Shown one piece after another: positions 59,929 through 64,000 of a DNA stretch of 64,000 nucleotides. Source of the DNA: Elsinoe ampelina (Eukaryota). The notes under the pieces are model-generated. The model saw only the letters and a list, made by a program, of their open reading frames with translations, had not been told where the DNA came from and made no database searches. Positions within the stretch are counted from its first letter, which is position 1. Each line of letters opens with the position of its first letter. The stretch lies in assembly GCA_010093995.1 (NCBI GenBank), contig ML992503.1, positions 285,662-349,661 on the forward strand, read 5' to 3'. Made by a program: the position numbers and the translations under genes.

Positions 59929-62900
59929 TCAATCATACAACCCCTTATCACTCGCCGCATCCCCGAACCCCTCCTTCTCCTTCTCACCATTCCTCTCCTC
60001 CTCCCTCGTGTCCCTGCCCTTACCCTTCCCCTCGCCCTCCTCCTTTTCCTTCTCCCTCTCCCTCCCCTTGCCCTTGGACGAAAACAATCCCATAGTCCTA
60101 CTCTTGCCCCTCTTCTCCTTGTCCTTCCCCTTGCCCTTATCCCGACTGAAAAACCGACTCTCCCTCTCCCTCACCCTGCCTGTGTCGGCGCCATTGGTGG
60201 ACGCACCATTAGCTCCGTTGGAGCCGAGGTTCAGCTGCCCCGTCCGGATGACAAAGTCGCTGTCCGCATCGCCATCGTCGTCGGACGCAAGGGTGCTGTC
60301 CCTGCTTTCGGTGCGGCGGTCCGAGTCGGAGGTGACGGGCGGGGAAGCGGAGCCGTTGACGCGTGGGTCGGAGGAGGCGATGGGTGGTGCGAGAGCGCGG
60401 GCTTTGCCTTTGCCTTTGCCCTTGTCGCCGCCTTTGGCGAGGGAGCCGTCGCTCATGCCGGCGCGGATCATTTCTTCGATGCGTTGGGCTTGCCAGGCTT
60501 CGACTTCGGCTTGGGTTGGGGCGCGGATGGGTTGGGCGTTGGGGGCCGCGGTGGTGGTAGGTTGCTTCGTTGTTGTTGGGGTGCCTTCAAACTCGCGGCG
60601 GACGCGCTCGTAGTGACCCAGTTCTTCGGCGGAGACGGAGGGGACGAGTTCGGATTTTGCTTCGGCAAAATCGGATTCGGAGACTTCGACTGCGAGGTCG
60701 GGAGGTTGGGCGTGGTGATCGAAGAATTGTGCGACGGTGATAGCAGGTTTGGGTGGGATACAGGAGGTGCGGTCGGCGTTGATGGCGGCGATCTTGGTGT
60801 CGACTTGGCGGGCGGAGCGGGTGACGGCTTTTAGCATGGCATCAGAACAGAGAGCGTAGAGATCGGCACCTGTATAGGTAAAGGGAAGAAGCGAGGCGAC
60901 TTTGTTGAGGTCGACGTCAGGAGAAAGGGTGAACCTGGAAGGTCAGCACATATCCAGAAGAGGACAAGATGGCAATACTTACTTTCTTGTCAAGGCACCC
61001 AGGATCTTTGCTTGCTTGTCATGCGTGTCGGAGATGCCGAGATATAGCATCTTGTCAAATCTGCCAGGTCGGAGCAGCGCTTGATCAAGAAGATCAGGTC
61101 GATTGGTGGCACCAATGACGAAGACACCTGCGCCTCCGCCCTCGTCTCCATCGCTCATACCATCAAGCTCCGCTAGAAGCTGCGAGACGATACGATCCAT
61201 TACTCCACCGGAATCACCCTGATTGCCACGTTTCGGAGCAACGCTATCCAACTCGTCGAAGAAGACCACGCAAGGTCTCGCATCTCGCGCTCGTTGGAAG
61301 ACACGACGTACGTTGGCTTCAGACTCTCCGATGTACATGTTGAGCAATTCAGGCCCTTTCACCGAGAAGAAGTTGAGACTGAATTCTGTTGCAATAGCCT
61401 TGGCGAGCAGAGTCTTACCAGTACCAGGAGGACCATAGAATAGAATGCCAGACCGCTTCTTGAGACCTTTGGCGAAGAGCTCCGGCCTTGACAGAGGGAG
61501 CTGAATGGTTTCAATGACGGCCTCTTTGACATTGGCGAGCCCACCGACATCCGACCATTGCACGTTAGGGATCTTCGGTGCACCAATACTGTCTGCAAAG
61601 TTCTTCCGAGCAAGATCTACCGCGGTGTCAAAGTCGGACGGCAACAAAAGTGAAGCATCCCCACCAGCTGTGAGAATGTCGCGGACGGTGACCGGAGACG
61701 ACGTTGATGCTTTGGCGGCAAGCTCTTCCAGACGGGTGGATCTTGCATTGATAGCTCTGTCGACAACATCGACAAGGTCACCTGCAACGAGTGCAGCAGT
61801 CTTAATAGCAACACCAGCCAGATCTGCTGCTGGAGAGACTGATACTGCCGATTGCGCCAGTATAGATTGTAGAATAGCTTCACGTTCAGCCTCGTCCGGG
61901 GCAGACATTTCCAACTCATGCGTGAACAGCCCTCGCAAGTTTTCAGGCACTTTGTCCAGATCGGTGGTTGTGGCTACCAGGACTCGCGAGTCCGCCAGCA
62001 CTTCCTTGATCGCGGTGAACATTCGGTCGGAATTGAGCGACTCAATATGCTGTACCAGGATACAAGTATGCTCGGCACCACATTGCAGGGCTCTTTCAGC
62101 TCGAGACTCGAACAGTCCGACAGTGTTATTGTCACCTCCACCAGAGGCAGTCTCGGTGAGTATGTCAAAAGCGTCGAGGGGGAAACAGTGCATTCCCAGA
62201 TCCAAGCAAGTCTGTTTGGCAACATACGATTTGCCGATGTTTCTTTGTGTCGAGTGAAGCAAGATGGCCATGGGTGGCAAACCTAGGTGAACAGCTCTGG
62301 GGCTGGTAGCCGTCGAGATCAACTCTCGGAGTCGACGTTGTAGATTGGAAGGCGGTGTCAAATTTGGCCTAGACAATGGAGAAGCTCTGTTCTCTGTTGG
62401 TTGAGGCTGTGACAGCATGCCTTCATAGTATGGCCAAGTGCTGTTCATGGCAGGCGGTACCTTTCTTTGCTCGGTCCCAGACTGATGCATCTTTGTCTTG
62501 GATGGTACCATCGATACTAAGCCGTTCCAAACATCAACGTGCTCCTGATCTTCATTGCCGTGGCTGCCAAGGGACCCAACCTGGAACCACACTACTTTGT
62601 TGGAAGCTTTCACTTTTGAAGATTCGTGCTCAGCAGTAGGACCGAAGAATGACAGAATGTCATTGGAAGCTCCGTCTTCAGCAGAACTGCCATCATAAAC
62701 CGCACGTCCAACTTCCTCATCGATGGGTATGGCTATCAGATCTCCAGTCTTGACAAGCCGCTGTTTCCCTTCGAAGTAAGCCACAAGACCGCTGAAGACG
62801 CTTGAGTCAATTGCCTTGTCCGTCGACGCGGGACTCTGCACTTTGATCAAGTTTGCATCTTTCGCTGCCGGTGGTAGTGAAACGGGTGGCATCTTCCCTG

Positions 62901-64000
62901 GTGGCCGACCCATGGGAGACTCTTCTGGCGATCTCATGGGCGTCAGGCGCAGAAATTCGGGATCACCTAGATTGGTGAGGAGAATCGGTGACAGGTAGAC
63001 TGAAGGCGTGATGCTAATGCCCAAGTGCGATGAGAAGCTTTCACTCCTACCTCGACCTTGAACTTTGTACTGTCCGGCGGATTTGTTGCTCAGTACTTCT
63101 GGTAGTCCAAATATCTTGACTGCTCTCGAATCGCTCGGTTCCTCTTCTCCACGCCCGAGAAATGCCGACATGCCAAGACTCGCGATACCAGTCCTAGCGG
63201 GATCAGTACCCTTGCAGATCTCGACCCAATCCCCAGAAAAGCATCCGAGCTTGGCCAGTATTGTTGTATCAACGTAGACTCGAGCCTCTTCGTCTTCATG
63301 ACCTAGAGGCTTGGGATGGAGCAGCTCGTCCGGGATCTTCTCAAACAGACCTTGGGTTCGGAGAACCTTTGTTCGTACAGCGTGTCCGCCTCGCAAAGTT
63401 GCGGTTGTCATGCTTGAAAATACAGAACCAGGAGTATGCACGCCATTCATATGCTTAGCAAAGGGTCGTGGAGTTGCTGCGGTCATTGAAGATAGCATCC
63501 CGGACGTGTGGGATCCTAGCGCTGGCGAAGTCAAGGATATCATACCCTCGGGATCGTCTGACAGATTGCCATCCGTCTCATCCTCAGTATCGGATAGGTC
63601 AAAGGAGGGCGTCTTCTTTCCAGGTGTCGCTGGTGCTGAAGAAGCGTTACCATCTTCTGCGGCCGTATAGAAAGCCTCGTTAGATGTATCCTCCTCGACT
63701 TCGGACAGATTTTCACCCGGGAACGGGATCGTTGGGCTTTGTGTGGCTTTCGTCCTCGATTCCGGGATCTTGTCCGAGGTGACTATCACTACTCTTGTAG
63801 TCTCCGTCACCAGACCTTGCGACACAGGATCGCACGTCGATATAGTACAGGACGGAGGAGGTGCGTGTGTGACTGGATGTGAAGGAAGTGCCAGCTGGAA
63901 GATATCCCCGGCATGTATCAAAGAGGACTTTGACATGGATTGCCGAACCAATTGCTTTAATTCTTCATCCGACCGTGGCTCCACAACACCGTTTGCTTGT
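59929..64000 (-). CDS. PEX6: Peroxisomal biogenesis AAA ATPase Pex6 (5' end outside window)
   Basis: Degenerate D1 (HSTQRNIGKS) and D2 with IGAPKIPNVQWSDVGG, GPPGTGKT, VFFDELDS and ATNRPDLLDQALLRPGRFDK. Intron 60935..60982 joins the last exon. Confidence 0.95.

Noticed and set aside
59695..60834. 379-aa plus-strand ORF and purine/pyrimidine low-complexity tract
   Set aside because: Antisense to the K/E/G-rich PEX6 tail. Such tails (GKGKGK...GLYD) are usual in filamentous-fungal Pex6 as far as I recall.

Overview
Gene-dense, intron-containing region of a filamentous ascomycete (Pezizomycotina) genome, inferred from ~50-nt GT-AG introns with CTAAC/CTGAC-type branch sites and from RIP-mutated repeats. 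About 20 protein genes are supportable. They include a Fig1/SUR7-like membrane protein, an MDR oxidoreductase, a carboxylesterase, an MRJP/yellow protein, threonine aldolase, a subtilisin, an OPT transporter, a REX1-like exonuclease, RAD53/Chk2, two other kinases, an FAD monooxygenase, an F-box protein and a 5'-truncated PEX6. The 17.6-43 kb part looks accessory. It holds two paralogous dynamin/SLIP-GC-like GTPases, three paralogues of an unrecognised membrane/coiled-coil family (one frameshifted), a promoter minisatellite, and a 5.0-kb RIP-inactivated element. That element has perfect 21-bp TIRs, AATT flanks and three relic genes, none of which I recognise as a transposase. Other notable items are a spliced upstream exon that fuses a small His-motif domain in frame to RAD53, and twin near-identical introns in the OPT gene, one needing a GA donor. 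All calls were made by eye with no database searches.
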